A DNA stretch of 49,536 bases, from the IMG/VR virus record IMGVR_UViG_2534681701_000013, positions 1 through 49,536 of that record; one strand, written 5' to 3'. Below, piece by piece: positions 19,215 through 33,662 of this stretch. Under the pieces are notes generated by a model, which saw nothing but the letters and a program-made list of their open reading frames with translations, was not told where the DNA came from and ran no database searches. The position numbers were made by a program, and so were the translations under genes. This DNA is from a virus (lineage: Duplodnaviria; Heunggongvirae; Uroviricota; Caudoviricetes). Within the stretch, counting starts at the first letter, position 1. The number at the start of each line of letters is the position of its first letter.

Positions 19215-19711
19215 TGCCTCCATCATTACGAAAAGCCGTTGCTGCTGCTATTGGTGGCGGAGCAATTGCTATAGCATCAGTGTTAATCACTGGCCCAAGT
19301 GGTAACGATGGTCTGGAAGGTGTCAGCTACATACCATACAAAGATATTGTTGGTGTATGGACTGTATGTCACGGGCATACAGGAAAAGACATCATGCTCG
19401 GTAAAACGTATACCAAAGCAGAATGCAAAGCCCTCCTGAATAAAGACCTTGCCACGGTCGCCAGACAAATTAACCCGTACATAAAAGTTGATATACCGGA
19501 AACAACGCGCGGCGCTCTTTACTCGTTCGTTTACAACGTGGGCGCTGGCAATTTCAGAACATCGACGCTTCTTCGCAAAATAAACCAGGGCGATATCAAA
19601 GGCGCATGTGATCAGCTACGTCGCTGGACATATGCTGGCGGTAAGCAATGGAAAGGTCTCATGACTCGTCGTGAGATTGAGCGTGAAATCTGTTTGTGGG
19701 GTCAGCAATGA
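19214..19711 (+). CDS. rrrD: SAR endolysin (T4-lysozyme-like GH24; phage-21 R / RrrD type)
   Basis: 165 aa; N-terminal weakly hydrophobic Gly/Ala-rich signal-anchor-release segment [20 protein letters not shown] followed by lysozyme-like core; TAATG overlap with holin. Confidence 0.9.
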   Translation: MPPSLRKAVAAAIGGGAIAIASVLITGPSGNDGLEGVSYIPYKDIVGVWTVCHGHTGKDIMLGKTYTKAECKALLNKDLATVARQINPYIKVDIPETTRGALYSFVYNVGAGNFRTSTLLRKINQGDIKGACDQLRRWTYAGGKQWKGLMTRREIEREICLWGQQ

Positions 19712-20169
19712 ACAGAGTAACCGCGATTATCTCCGCTCTGGTTATCTGCATCATCGTCTGCCTGTCATGGGCTGTTAATCATTACCGTGATAACGCCATT
19801 ACCTACAAAGCCCAGCGCGACAAAAATGCCAGAGAACTGAAGCTGGCGAACGCGGCAATTACTGACATGCAGATGCGCCAGCGTGATGTTGCTGCACTGG
19901 ATGAAAAATACACGAAGGAGTTAGCTAATGCGAAAGCTGAAAATGATGCTCTGCGTGATGATGTTGCCGCTGGTCGTCGTCGGTTGCACATCAAAGCAGT
20001 CTGTCAGTCAGTGCGTGAAGCCACCACCGCCTCCGGCGTGGATAATGCAGCCTCCCCCCGACTGGCAGACACCGCTGAACGGGATTATTTCACCCTCAGA
20101 GAGAGGCTGATCACTATGCAAAAACAACTGGAAGGAACCCAGAAGTATATTAATGAGCAGTGCAGATAG
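19708..20169 (+). CDS. rzpD: Rz i-spanin
   Basis: 153 aa from [23 protein letters not shown]... (N-terminal TM, coiled-coil rest); ATG at 19708 overlaps endolysin stop. Confidence 0.85.
   Translation: MNRVTAIISALVICIIVCLSWAVNHYRDNAITYKAQRDKNARELKLANAAITDMQMRQRDVAALDEKYTKELANAKAENDALRDDVAAGRRRLHIKAVCQSVREATTASGVDNAASPRLADTAERDYFTLRERLITMQKQLEGTQKYINEQCR
19928..20110 (+). CDS. rzoD: Rz1 o-spanin lipoprotein, embedded in +1 frame of Rz
   Basis: 60 aa [23 protein letters not shown]... with lipobox VVGC and proline-rich stretch [15 protein letters not shown]. Confidence 0.8.
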   Translation: MRKLKMMLCVMMLPLVVVGCTSKQSVSQCVKPPPPPAWIMQPPPDWQTPLNGIISPSERG

Positions 20170-20200
20170 AGCTGCCCATATCGATGGGCAACTCATGCAA

Positions 20201-20494
20201 TTATTGTGAGCAATACACACGCGCTTCCAGCGGAGTATAAATGCCTAAAGTAATAAAACCGAGCAATCCATTTACGAATGTTTGCTGGGTTTCTGTTTTA
20301 ACAACATTTTCTGCGCCGCCACAAATTTTGGCTGCATCAACAGTTTTCTCCTGTCCAATTCCCGAAACGAAGAAGTGATGGGTGATGGTTTCCTTTGGTG
20401 TTACTGCTGTCGGTTTGTTTCCAACAGTAAACGTCTGTTGAGCACATCCTGTAATAAGCATTGCCAGAGCGGCAGAAAACAACATTTTTTTCAT
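20201..20494 (-). CDS. borD: Bor lipoprotein (serum-resistance, Bor/Iss family)
   Basis: 97 aa from MKKMLFSAALAMLITGCAQQ... (lipobox ITGC); ATG at 20492-20494 with AGGA RBS. Confidence 0.85.
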   Translation of the reverse strand: MKKMLFSAALAMLITGCAQQTFTVGNKPTAVTPKETITHHFFVSGIGQEKTVDAAKICGGAENVVKTETQQTFVNGLLGFITLGIYTPLEARVYCSQ

Positions 20495-20503
20495 CTTATT
20501 ATC

Positions 20504-20511
20504 CTGCATTG
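20504..20511. repeat. IS66-family target-site duplication, left copy (CTGCATTG)
   Basis: 8-bp CTGCATTG abutting the element end; identical copy at 23213-23220. Confidence 0.7.
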
Positions 20512-20541
20512 GTAAGCGGCTCGTCAGAACCGTATTGATAT

Positions 20542-22113
20542 TTACTGAGAGCTCAGATCAACTTTCCAGGGCAACAGATCGCGTACCCGGTTTGCCGGCC
20601 AGTCCTGGATATGTTCAATGACGTAGCGCAGCCACTTTTCTGGCTCCACATTGTTCAGACGGCATGTGCCGATCAGCGAGTACAACACCGCCGCATGTTC
20701 ACCACCGCTGTCGGAACCCGCGAACATCCAGTTTTTCCGGCCTACGGCCACTCCCCGTAAGGCGTTCTCTGCGATGTTGTTGTCGATTTCCACCCAGCCA
20801 TTACTGCAGTACACGTTCAGTGCATCCCACTGTTTCAGCAGGTATGCGAACGCTTTTGCCGTATCTGAGTGACGCGACAGTGTTTTCATCTGTTGCTGTA
20901 TCCAGCCATACAGTGACTGCATCAGTGGCGCGGCTCTGATTTTTCTTGCCGCCAGACGCTGTTCTGCTGAACAGCCCCGGACCTCTGCCTCGATGGCATA
21001 CAGTTCACCGATACGCTGCAGGGCTTCCGTGGTGATGTCGGTGGGCGCTCTTGCATGCACATCGTGGATTTTTCTCCGGGCATGAGCCATACACGCGGCT
21101 TCCGTTATTCTGCCGGATTCGTATAACGCCCGGTAACCACCGTAAGCATCGGCCTGAAGCACACCGCTGTAACCGGCCAGGTGATTTTGTGGATGGATAC
21201 CTTTCCGGTCCGGACTGTACGCGAACCAGACCGCCGCAGGCATCTGTGAACCGGCGTTACGGTCATCACGGACGTAGACCCACAGCCGGGCTGTCCGGGT
21301 TTTACCGCTGCCCGGCTCCTGGACCGGGACGGGGATATCATCAGCATGGACTTTACCGGGCATCAGCACATACTGGCGCAGGACGTCATACAGCGGCTCC
21401 AGCAGTTCAGCAACAGCCCCTGTCCAGCGCCCCAGTGTGGCACGGCTCAGCTCCACTCCCTGACGACGGTATATTTCTGACTGGCGGTATAACGGCAGAT
21501 GGTCTGCATATTTCCCGGTGACAACATGGGCCAGAAGCCCCGCTCCGGCATAACTGCGTGCAATGGGTTTTGAAGGCACCGGTGCCTGCACGATATGGTC
21601 GCACCGGCAACAGGCCTGTTTCGGACGTTGTGTTTCGATAACCTTAAAGGCACTGCTGATAAGCTCCAGTTGCTCTGACACATCACATCCCAGTGGACTG
21701 AGTTCACCACCACAGGCCGGACAGCATTCCTCTTCCGGCCGGATGACCCGGGTTTCACGGGGAAGTGAAGCCGGTAACGGTTTACGGGCTGAAGACTGGC
21801 GCAGGGCGGATGGCAGTACCGGGTCATATTGCTCACCCAGCGTTTCTGCCATTTCTTCCTGAAGTGCGCTGATTCGCTCCTGTGCTTCCTGTATCTGCCG
21901 TTCGGTTTTTGCACGAAGTTTTTCTGAGCTTTTACCGAACTGCATACGTTGCAGTTTCGCAACCAGCGCCTTCAGCCGGTTGATTTCGGAAGCATAAGCC
22001 GCCACCCGCTGTGAGAGCAGGCGGTTGTATTCAGCCATCTGGCGGATGGTGTCCTGTTGCGTCTGCAACAGTGCCCGCAGGCGGGCGTTCTCATGAGCAA
22101 GTGAGGTGTCCAT
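20542..22113 (-). CDS. tnpC: IS66-family transposase TnpC (orf3)
   Basis: 523 aa with N-terminal leucine zipper-like region, CPACGGEL zinc motif and central DDE-like region. Confidence 0.9.
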   Translation of the reverse strand: MDTSLAHENARLRALLQTQQDTIRQMAEYNRLLSQRVAAYASEINRLKALVAKLQRMQFGKSSEKLRAKTERQIQEAQERISALQEEMAETLGEQYDPVLPSALRQSSARKPLPASLPRETRVIRPEEECCPACGGELSPLGCDVSEQLELISSAFKVIETQRPKQACCRCDHIVQAPVPSKPIARSYAGAGLLAHVVTGKYADHLPLYRQSEIYRRQGVELSRATLGRWTGAVAELLEPLYDVLRQYVLMPGKVHADDIPVPVQEPGSGKTRTARLWVYVRDDRNAGSQMPAAVWFAYSPDRKGIHPQNHLAGYSGVLQADAYGGYRALYESGRITEAACMAHARRKIHDVHARAPTDITTEALQRIGELYAIEAEVRGCSAEQRLAARKIRAAPLMQSLYGWIQQQMKTLSRHSDTAKAFAYLLKQWDALNVYCSNGWVEIDNNIAENALRGVAVGRKNWMFAGSDSGGEHAAVLYSLIGTCRLNNVEPEKWLRYVIEHIQDWPANRVRDLLPWKVDLSSQ

Positions 22114-22132
22114 ATCCTCACTTTACAACGGG

Positions 22133-22480
22133 TTATATACGGATGCCAGTGCGTTCCGTTCGTTTCGGGTGCTTCCAGTTGATACCTTCAAGAAGCATGG
22201 ATAACTGAGCCGGAGTAAGGTGAACCTTTCCATCGCGGGTGACCGGCCAGACGAAGCGGCCCCGCTCCAGGCGTTTGGTGAAGAGGCACAGTCCGTCACT
22301 GTCAGCCCACAGCACTTTTATCTGGTCACCCCGGCGTCCGCGGAAGATGAACAGATGCCCGGAGAACGGGTCATCCTTCAGGACGTTCTGAACTTTTGAT
22401 GCCAGGCCGTTAAAACCATTTCGCATGTCGGTGATACCGGCAACCAGCCAGATACGCGAACCGGCAGGGAGAGATATCAT
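22133..22480 (-). CDS. tnpB: IS66-family TnpB (orf2)
   Basis: 115-aa ORF MISLPAGSRIWLVAGITDMRNGFNGL... typical of IS66 orf2. Confidence 0.85.
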   Translation of the reverse strand: MISLPAGSRIWLVAGITDMRNGFNGLASKVQNVLKDDPFSGHLFIFRGRRGDQIKVLWADSDGLCLFTKRLERGRFVWPVTRDGKVHLTPAQLSMLLEGINWKHPKRTERTGIRI

Positions 22481-23127
22481 CAGTGGCTGCTCCCTTTCAT
22501 TTCGCGGATAAGTGACTGTAATAACGCCGGTGTCAGTTCACCTTTCAGCCTGAGAGTTCCGGCCGGCAGAACCAGCTCGCAGCACAGACTGTCGGTCGGT
22601 GTATTTATCTGCTCAACCTGCACGGGGTCCGGGATTTTATTATTCGGCTCCGGCGTTAACGTCACGGGAAGTAGCGATGTTTCATGTTCGCCGGGCGGCT
22701 GCAGGCCGCCGTTACGCCAGAGATGCCGCCAGTTAAAGAGCAGGTTATCGTTGATTCCATTCTCACGAGCTATTTGTGCGACACAGGCACCGGGTAAAAG
22801 AGTTTGCTGAACAAGTCTCCATTTAAACTCCGGTGAAAATCGGTTCCGACGGGGTTTCTCTGCTTTCACAGGCTGAGTCACGGTCGGGGCTGAAGGGTAT
22901 CGCCCCGGGAAAAGAGCCCGGGCCAGTTGCCCGCAGGAATATTTACCGGAAAGAGGCCAGTCAGTGAATACCTGGTGAAATCGCCTCACCAGAGAAAAAA
23001 TGGCGGTTTTGCTGACACCAGTCTGCGCAGAAATGCGCGGGTACGACAGTGACTCGTCAAATCTCAGCTGTAGCACACGCAGGATCAATTCCGGATTATC
23101 TGCCAGTACCGCCTTTCGTGCATTCAT
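22480..23127 (-). CDS. tnpA: IS66-family TnpA (orf1)
   Basis: 215-aa ORF whose stop overlaps the tnpB start; position and size as IS66 orf1. Confidence 0.8.
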   Translation of the reverse strand: MNARKAVLADNPELILRVLQLRFDESLSYPRISAQTGVSKTAIFSLVRRFHQVFTDWPLSGKYSCGQLARALFPGRYPSAPTVTQPVKAEKPRRNRFSPEFKWRLVQQTLLPGACVAQIARENGINDNLLFNWRHLWRNGGLQPPGEHETSLLPVTLTPEPNNKIPDPVQVEQINTPTDSLCCELVLPAGTLRLKGELTPALLQSLIREMKGSSH

Positions 23128-23212
23128 CTTAAATGTCCTTTTACTGCGAAAATGGACATTAGTATCGGAAACAGGAAAGGAAGGCGAAAGACGGTTTAAA
23201 TGATGCGCTTAC

Positions 23213-23220
23213 CTGCATTG
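23213..23220. repeat. IS66-family target-site duplication, right copy (CTGCATTG)
   Basis: Identical to 20504-20511. Confidence 0.7.
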
Positions 23221-23563
23221 TTAAAAACGGCAGAATCCTATGTGACAACAATTAAACGATAGTTAAATGGATTGATGAAAATTAAAACTATATAGGTGGA
23301 TGCTCAGCCTATTGGAGGAGGGGGGGCACTCAGAATCCTGTGGAATGAAATAAACCGCTCTTTCTGTCCATTACCCTTTTAGCTGCGCTGTATCGTCGCC
23401 GTATTCCCGCATTAACCATGACCGTAGCCCGACGGGGAATTCCTTCTGCGTGAGTGTGCGGGAATAATCAAAAACGATGCACACCGGGTTTTACTGTGCT
23501 GACAGACGCAGGGTTACCCTCATAGTCGCTTTTCCGGTGCGATGGTGGAAGAAACCGGGATGT

Positions 23564-23758
23564 TTATTCATCATCACTCTGGATTGATGTATATGCTCTC
23601 TTTTCTGACGTTAGTCTCCGACGGCAGGCTTCAATGACCCAGGCTGAGAAATTCCCAGACCCTTTTTGCTCAAGAGCGATGTTAATTTGTTCAATCATTT
23701 GGTTAGGAAAGCGGATGTTGCGGGTTGTTGTTCTGCGGGTTCTGTTCTTAGTTGACAT
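23564..23758 (-). CDS. Hypothetical small basic protein near cos (possible ribbon-helix-helix DNA binder)
   Basis: 64-aa ORF with ATG start; basic N-terminus and RNIRFP...helix pattern; lies in sequence I recognise as the lambda right end. Confidence 0.4.
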   Translation of the reverse strand: MSTKNRTRRTTTRNIRFPNQMIEQINIALEQKGSGNFSAWVIEACRRRLTSEKRAYTSIQSDDE

Positions 23759-23929
23759 GAGGTTGCCCCGTATTCAGTGTCGCTGATTTGTATTGTCTGA
23801 AGTTGTTTTTACGTTAAGTTGATGCAGATCAATTAATACGATACCTGCGTCATAATTGATTATTTGACGTGGTTTGATGGCGTAGATGCACGTTGTGACA
23901 TGTAGATGATAATTATTATCATTTTGCGG

Positions 23930-24120
23930 GTCCTTTCCGGCGATCCGACAGGTTACGGGGCGGCGACCTCGCGGGTTTTCGCTATTTATGAAAATTTTCC
24001 GGTTTAAGGCATTTCCGTTCTTCTTCGTCGTAACTTAATGTTTTTATTTAAAATACCCCCTGAAAAGAAAGGAAACGACAGGTGCTGAAAACGAGCTTTT
24101 GGGCCTCTGTCGTTTCCTTT
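23930..24120 (+). other. cos site (cosQ-cosN-cosB); cosN 12-nt cohesive end GGGCGGCGACCT at 23958-23969
   Basis: ...TCCGACAGGTTACG/GGGCGGCGACCTCGCGGGTTTTCGCTATTTATGAAAATTTTCCGGTTTAAGG matches the junction of lambda right and left ends as I recall it. Confidence 0.9.
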
Positions 24121-24146
24121 CTCTGTTTTTGGCCGTGGAATGAACA

Positions 24147-24666
24147 ATGGAAGTCAACAAAAAGCAGCTGGCTGACATTTTCGGTGCGAGTATCCGTACC
24201 ATTCAGAACTGGCAGGAACAGGGAATGCCCGTTCTGCGAGGCGGTGGCAAGGGTAATGAGGTGCTTTATGACTCTGCCGCCGTTATAAGATGGTATGCCG
24301 AAAGGGATGCTGAAATTGAGAACGAAAAGCTGCGCCGGGAAGTTGAAGAACTGCGGCAGGCCAGCGAGACAGATCTCCAGCCAGGGACTATTGAGTACGA
24401 ACGCCATCGACTTACGCGTGCGCAGGCCGACGCACAGGAGCTGAAAAATGCCAGAGACTCCGCAGAAGTGGTGGAAACCGCATTCTGTACTTTCGTGCTG
24501 TCACGGATCGCAGGTGAAATTGCCAGTATTCTTGACGGGATCCCTCTCTCGGTACAGCGGCGTTTTCCGGAACTGGAAAACCGACATGTTGATTTCCTGA
24601 AACGGGATATCATCAAAGCCATGAACAAAGCAGCCGCGCTGGATGAACTGATACCGGGGTTGCTGA

Positions 24667-24692
<26 letters not shown>
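24147..24692 (+). CDS. nu1: Terminase small subunit Nu1
   Basis: 181-aa translation MEVNKKQLADIFGASIRTIQNWQEQGMPV... matches lambda Nu1. Confidence 0.95.
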
Positions 24693-28373
<3,681 letters not shown>

Positions 28374-28393
<20 letters not shown>

Positions 28394-29693
28394 TCTCCCG
28401 CATATTGCCAGCATGGCTTTTAATGAGCCGCTGATGCTTGAACCCGCCTATGCGCGGGTTTTCTTTTGTGCGCTTGCAGGCCAGCTTGGGATCAGCCGCC
28501 TGACGGATGCAGTATCCGGCGACAGCCTGACTGCCGGAGAGGCACCCGCGGCGCTGGCGTTATCCGGTGATGATGACGGACCACGACAGGCCCGCAGTTA
28601 TCAGGTCATGAACGGCATCGCCGTGCTGCCGGTGTCCGGTACGCTGGTCAGCCGGACGCGGGCGCTGCAGCCGTATTCGGGAATGACCGGTTACAACGGC
28701 ATTATCGCCCGTCTGCAACAGGCTGCCAGCGATCCGATGGTGGACGGCATTCTGCTGGATATGGACACACCGGGCGGGATGGTGGCGGGAGCATTTGACT
28801 GTGCTGACATCATCGCCCGTGTGCGAGACATAAAACCGGTATGGGCGCTGGCCAACGACATGAACTGCAGTGCAGGTCAGCTGCTTGCCAGCGCCGCCTC
28901 CCGGCGTCTGGTCACGCAGACCGCCCGGACAGGCTCCATCGGCGTCATGATGGCTCACAGTAATTACGGTGCTGCGCTGGAGAAACAGGGCGTGGAAATC
29001 ACGCTGATTTACAGCGGCAGCCATAAGGTGGATGGCAACCCCTACAGCCATCTACCGGATGATGTCCGGGAAACACTGCAGTCCCGGATGGATGCAACCC
29101 GCCGAATGTTTGCACAGAAGGTGTCGACATATACCGGCCTGTCCGTGCAGGCTGTGCTGGATACCGAGGCTGCAGTGTACAGCGGTCAGGAGGCCATTGA
29201 TGCCGGACTGGCTGATGAACTTGTGAACAGTACCGATGCGATCACCGTCATGCGTGATGCACTGGATGCACGTAAATCCCGTCTCTCAGGAGGGCGAATG
29301 ACCAAAGAGACTCAATCAACAACTGTTTCAGCCACTGCTTCGCAGGCTGACGTTACTGGCGTGGTGCAAGCGACGGAGGGCGAGAACGCCAGCGCTGCGC
29401 AGCCGGACGTGAACGCGCAGATCACCGCAGCGGTTGCGGCAGAAAACAGTCGCATTATGGGGATCCTCAACTGTGAGGAGGCTCACGGACGCGAAGAACA
29501 GGCATGCGTGCTGGCCGAAACCCCCGGTATGACCGTGGAAACGGCCCGCCGTATTCTGGCCGCAGCACCACAGAGTGCACAGGCGCGCAGTGACACTGCG
29601 CTGGATCGTCTGATGCAGGGGGCACCGGCACCGCTGGCTGCAGGTAACCCGGCATCTGATGCCGTTAACGATTTGCTGAACACACCAGTGTAA
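28374..29693 (+). CDS. C: Head maturation protease / scaffold C (ClpP-like S49)
   Basis: 439 aa from GTG at 28374 (MTAELRNLPHIASMAFNEP...) with GAGGAGGAG RBS; track ORF begins upstream at 28239 inside B. Confidence 0.9.
29088..29693 (+). CDS. nu3: Scaffolding protein Nu3 (in-frame internal start within C)
   Basis: Internal ATG at 29088 (MDATRRMFAQKV...) in the C frame, as in lambda. Confidence 0.7.
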   Translation: MDATRRMFAQKVSTYTGLSVQAVLDTEAAVYSGQEAIDAGLADELVNSTDAITVMRDALDARKSRLSGGRMTKETQSTTVSATASQADVTGVVQATEGENASAAQPDVNAQITAAVAAENSRIMGILNCEEAHGREEQACVLAETPGMTVETARRILAAAPQSAQARSDTALDRLMQGAPAPLAAGNPASDAVNDLLNTPV

Positions 29694-29702
29694 GGGATGT
29701 TT

Positions 29703-30035
29703 ATGACGAGCAAAGAAACCTTTACCCATTACCAGCCGCTGGGCAACAGTGACCCGGCTCATACCGCAACCGCGCCCGGCGGATTGAGTGCGAAAGCGCC
29801 TGCAATGACCCCGCTGATGCTGGACACCTCCACCCGTAAGCTGGTTGCGTGGGATGGCACCACCGACGGTGCTGCCGTTGGCATTCTTGCAGTTGCTGCT
29901 GACCAGACCAGCACCACACTGACGTTCTACAAGTCCGGCACGTTCCGTTATGAGGATGTGCTCTGGCCGGAGGCTGCCAGCGACGAGACGAAAAAACGGA
30001 CCGCGTTTGCCGGAACGGCAATCAGCATCGTTTAA
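29703..30035 (+). CDS. D: Head decoration protein D
   Basis: 110 aa from [12 protein letters not shown]...; matches lambda gpD. Confidence 0.95.
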   Translation: MTSKETFTHYQPLGNSDPAHTATAPGGLSAKAPAMTPLMLDTSTRKLVAWDGTTDGAAVGILAVAADQTSTTLTFYKSGTFRYEDVLWPEAASDETKKRTAFAGTAISIV

Positions 30036-30089
30036 CTTTACCCTTCATCACTAAAGGCCGCCTGTGCGGCTTTTTTACGGGATTTTTTT

Positions 30090-31115
30090 ATGTCGATGTA
30101 CACAACCGCCCAGCTGCTGGCGGCAAATGAGCAGAAATTTAAGTTTGATCCGCTGTTTCTGCGTCTCTTTTTCCGTGAGAGCTATCCCTTCACCACGGAG
30201 AAAGTCTATCTCTCACAAATTCCGGGACTGGTAAACATGGCGCTGTACGTTTCGCCGATTGTTTCCGGTGAGGTTATCCGTTCCCGTGGCGGCTCCACCT
30301 CTGAATTTACGCCGGGATATGTCAAACCCAAGCATGAAGTGAATCCGCAGATGACCCTGCGTCGCCTGCCGGATGAAGATCCGCAGAATCTGGCGGACCC
30401 GGCTTACCGCCGCCGTCGCATCATCATGCAGAACATGCGTGACGAAGAGCTGGCCATTGCTCAGGTCGAAGAGATGCAGGCAGTTTCTGCCGTGCTCAAG
30501 GGCAAATACACCATGACCGGTGAAGCCTTCGATCCGGTTGAGGTGGATATGGGCCGCAGTGCGGCGAACAACATCACGCAGTCCGGCGGCACGGAGTGGA
30601 GCAAGCGTGACAAGTCCACGTATGACCCGACCGACGATATCGAAGCCTACGCGCTGAACGCCAGCGGCGTGGTGAATATCATCGTGTTTGACCCGAAAGG
30701 CTGGGCGCTGTTCCGTTCCTTCAAAGCCGTCAGGGAGAAGCTGGATACCCGTCGCGGCTCTCATTCCGAACTGGAGACAGCGGTAAAAGACCTGGGCAAA
30801 GCGGTGTCTTATAAGGGAATGTATGGCGATGTGGCCATCGTCGTGTATTCCGGACAGTACGTGGAAAACGGCGTCAAAAAGAACTTCCTGCCGGACAACA
30901 CGATGGTGCTGGGTAACACTCATGCACGCGGTCTGCGCACCTATGGCTGTATTCAGGATGCGGATGCATTGAGTGAGGGTATTAATGCGTCTCCCCGTTA
31001 TCCGAAAAACTGGAAGACATCCGGCGATCCGGCGCGAGAGTTCACCATGATTCAGTCAGCACCGCTGATGCTGCTGGCTGATCCTGATGAGTTCGTGTCC
31101 GTTCAACTGGCGTAA
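30090..31115 (+). CDS. E: Major capsid protein E
   Basis: 341-aa translation MSMYTTAQLLAANEQKFKFDPLF... matches lambda gpE. Confidence 0.95.
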   Translation: MSMYTTAQLLAANEQKFKFDPLFLRLFFRESYPFTTEKVYLSQIPGLVNMALYVSPIVSGEVIRSRGGSTSEFTPGYVKPKHEVNPQMTLRRLPDEDPQNLADPAYRRRRIIMQNMRDEELAIAQVEEMQAVSAVLKGKYTMTGEAFDPVEVDMGRSAANNITQSGGTEWSKRDKSTYDPTDDIEAYALNASGVVNIIVFDPKGWALFRSFKAVREKLDTRRGSHSELETAVKDLGKAVSYKGMYGDVAIVVYSGQYVENGVKKNFLPDNTMVLGNTHARGLRTYGCIQDADALSEGINASPRYPKNWKTSGDPAREFTMIQSAPLMLLADPDEFVSVQLA

Positions 31116-31156
31116 TCATGGCCCTTAGGGGCCATTTTCTCTCTGTGGAGGAGTCC

Positions 31157-31552
31157 ATGACGAAAGATGAACTGATTGCCCGTCTCCGGTCGCTGGGTGA
31201 GCAACTGAACCGTGATGTCAGCCTGACGGGGACGAAAGAAGAACTGGCGCTCCGTGTGGCAGAGCTGGAAGAGGAGCTTGATGACACGGATGACGCAGCC
31301 GGTCAGGACTCGTCTGTCAGCCCGGAAAATGCGCTGACCGGACATGAAAATGAGGTGGTATCAGCACAGACGGATACCGTGACTGATACGGCTGCTCTGG
31401 TCACGGTTGTGGCACTGGTGACGCTGCATACCGATGCACTTCACGCCACGCGGGATGAACCTGTGGCATTTGTGCTGCCGGGAACGGCGTTCCGTGTCTC
31501 TGCCGGTGTGGCAGCCGAAATGACAGAACGTGGCCTGGCCAGAATGCAATAA
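31157..31552 (+). CDS. FI: DNA packaging protein FI
   Basis: From MTKDELIARLRSLGEQLNRDVS...; lambda gpFI-like with some central divergence; ATG 31157 with GGAGGAG RBS. Confidence 0.9.
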   Translation: MTKDELIARLRSLGEQLNRDVSLTGTKEELALRVAELEEELDDTDDAAGQDSSVSPENALTGHENEVVSAQTDTVTDTAALVTVVALVTLHTDALHATRDEPVAFVLPGTAFRVSAGVAAEMTERGLARMQ

Positions 31553-31563
31553 CGGGAGGCGCT

Positions 31564-31917
31564 GTGGCTGATTTCGATAACCTGTTCGATGCTGCCATTG
31601 CCCGCGCTGATGAAACGATACGCGGGTACATGGGAACGTCAGCCACCATGACATCCGGTGAGCAGTCCGGTGCTGTGATACGTGGTGTTTTTGATGACCC
31701 TGAAAATATCAGCTATGCCGGACAGGGCGTGCGCGTTGAAGGCTCCAGCCCGTCCCTGTTTGTCCGGACTGATGAGGTGCGGCAGCTGCGGCGTGGAGAC
31801 ACGCTGACCATCGGTGAGGAAAACTTCTGGATAGACCGGGTTTCGCCGGATGATGGCGGAAGCTGTCATCTCTGGCTTGGGCGTGGCGTGCCGCCTGCCG
31901 TTAACCGTCGCCGCTGA
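31564..31917 (+). CDS. FII: Head-tail connector FII
   Basis: 117-aa translation matches lambda gpFII. Confidence 0.95.
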   Translation: MADFDNLFDAAIARADETIRGYMGTSATMTSGEQSGAVIRGVFDDPENISYAGQGVRVEGSSPSLFVRTDEVRQLRRGDTLTIGEENFWIDRVSPDDGGSCHLWLGRGVPPAVNRRR

Positions 31918-31928
31918 AAGGGGGATGT

Positions 31929-32507
31929 ATGGCCATAAAAGGTCTTGAGCAGGCCGTTGAAAACCTCAGCCGTATCAGCAGAACGGCGGTGCCTGGTGCC
32001 GCCGCAATGGCCATTAACCGCGTTGCGTCATCCGCGATATCGCAGTCTGCGTCACAGGTTGCCCGTGAGACAAAGGTACGCCGGAAACTGGTAAAGGAAA
32101 GGGCCAGGCTGAAAAGGGCCACGGTCAAAAATCCGCAGGCCAGAATCAGGGTTAACCGGGGGGATTTGCCCGTAATAAAGCTGGGTAACGCGCGGATTGT
32201 CCTGTCCCGACGCAGGCGTCGTAAAAAGGGGCAGCGTTCAGCCCTGAAAGGTGGCGGCAGCGTGCTTGTGGTGGGAAACCGTCGTATTCCCGGCGCGTTT
32301 ATTCAGCAACTGAAAAATGGGCGGTGGCATGTCATGCAGCGTGTGGCCGGGAAAAACCGTTACCCCATTGATGTGGTGAAAATCCCGATGGCGGTGCCGC
32401 TTACCACGGCGTTTAAACAGAATATTGAACGGATACGGCGTGAACGTCTTCCGAAAGAGCTGGGCTATGCGCTGCAGCATCAACTGAGAATGGTAATAAA
32501 GCGATGA
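31929..32507 (+). CDS. Z: Tail completion protein Z
   Basis: 192-aa translation matches lambda gpZ. Confidence 0.95.
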   Translation: MAIKGLEQAVENLSRISRTAVPGAAAMAINRVASSAISQSASQVARETKVRRKLVKERARLKRATVKNPQARIRVNRGDLPVIKLGNARIVLSRRRRRKKGQRSALKGGGSVLVVGNRRIPGAFIQQLKNGRWHVMQRVAGKNRYPIDVVKIPMAVPLTTAFKQNIERIRRERLPKELGYALQHQLRMVIKR

Positions 32508-32899
32508 AACATACTGAACTCCGTGCAGCCGTACTGGATGCACTGGAGAAGCATGACACCGGGGCGACGCTTTTTGATGGTCGCCCCGCTGTTTTTGATG
32601 AGGCGGATTTTCCGGCAATTGCCGTTTATCTCACCGGCGCTGAATACACGGGCGAAGAGCTGGACAGCGATACCTGGCAGGCGGAGCTGCATATTGAAGT
32701 TTTCCTGCCTGCTCAGGTGCCGGATTCAGAGCTGGATGCGTGGATGGAGTCCCGGATTTATCCGGTGATGAGCGATATCCCGGCACTGTCAGATTTGATC
32801 ACCAGTATGGTGGCCAGTGGCTATGACTACCGACGCGACGATGATGCGGGCCTGTGGAGTTCAGCCGATCTGACTTATGTCATTACCTATGAAATGTGA
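32504..32899 (+). CDS. U: Tail terminator U
   Basis: 131-aa translation matches lambda gpU. Confidence 0.95.
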   Translation: MKHTELRAAVLDALEKHDTGATLFDGRPAVFDEADFPAIAVYLTGAEYTGEELDSDTWQAELHIEVFLPAQVPDSELDAWMESRIYPVMSDIPALSDLITSMVASGYDYRRDDDAGLWSSADLTYVITYEM

Positions 32900-32906
32900 G
32901 GACGCT

Positions 32907-33647
32907 ATGCCTGTACCAAATCCAGTAATGCCGGTGAAAGGGGCCGGGACCACACTGTGGGTTTATAAGGGGAACGGTGACCCTTATGCGAACCCGCTTT
33001 CAGACGTTGACTGGTCGCGTCTGGCTAAAGTTAAAGACCTGACGCCCGGCGAACTGACCGCTGAGTCCTATGACGACAGCTATCTCGATGATGAGGATGC
33101 GGACTGGACTGCGACCGGGCAGGGGCAGAAATCTGCCGGAGATACCAGCTTCACGCTGGCGTGGATGCCCGGAGAGCAGGGGCAGCAGGCGCTGCTGGCG
33201 TGGTTTAATGAAGGCGATACCCGTGCCTATAAAATCCGCTTCCCGAACGGCACGGTCGATGTGTTCCGTGGCTGGGTCAGCAGTATCGGTAAGGCGGTGA
33301 CGGCGAAGGAAGTGATCACCCGCACGGTGAAAGTCACCAATGTGGGACGTCCGTCGATGGCAGAAGATCGCAGCATGGTAACAGCGGCAACCGGCATGAC
33401 CGTGACGCCTGCCAGCACCTCGGTGGTGAAAGGGCAGAGCACCACGCTGACCGTGGCCTTCCAGCCGGAGGGCGTAACCGACAAGAGCTTTCGTGCGGTG
33501 TCTGCGGATAAAACAAAAGCCACCGTGTCGGTCAGTGGTATGACCATCACTGTGAAAGGCGTCGCTGCAGGTAAGGTCAACATTCCGGTTGTATCCGGTA
33601 ATGGTGAACTTGCTGCGGTTGCAGAAATCAACGTCACCGCCAGTTAA
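32907..33647 (+). CDS. V: Major tail tube protein V
   Basis: From [22 protein letters not shown]...; matches lambda gpV; ATG at 32907 with GAGGA RBS. Confidence 0.95.
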   Translation: MPVPNPVMPVKGAGTTLWVYKGNGDPYANPLSDVDWSRLAKVKDLTPGELTAESYDDSYLDDEDADWTATGQGQKSAGDTSFTLAWMPGEQGQQALLAWFNEGDTRAYKIRFPNGTVDVFRGWVSSIGKAVTAKEVITRTVKVTNVGRPSMAEDRSMVTAATGMTVTPASTSVVKGQSTTLTVAFQPEGVTDKSFRAVSADKTKATVSVSGMTITVKGVAAGKVNIPVVSGNGELAAVAEINVTAS

Positions 33648-33662
33648 TCCGGAGAGTCAGCG

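Larger units (their letters stand above)
20512..23212 (-). mobile_element. IS66-family insertion sequence (about 2.7 kb, three ORFs tnpA-tnpB-tnpC)
   Basis: Imperfect terminal inverted repeats starting GTAAGCG at both ends; three co-oriented ORFs typical of IS66; 8-bp flanking direct repeat. Confidence 0.9.

Noticed and set aside
21447-21962. 171-aa ORF in another frame within IS66 tnpC, plus other short ORFs on both strands
   Set aside because: Overlap the transposase gene; no family signal.
24082-24288. 68-aa plus-strand ORF spanning cosB and the Nu1 start
   Set aside because: Overlaps the cos site and the start of Nu1 in another frame; not expected to encode protein.
30213-30923. 236-aa minus-strand ORF inside E
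   Set aside because: Antisense to the major capsid gene; no start signal or motif.
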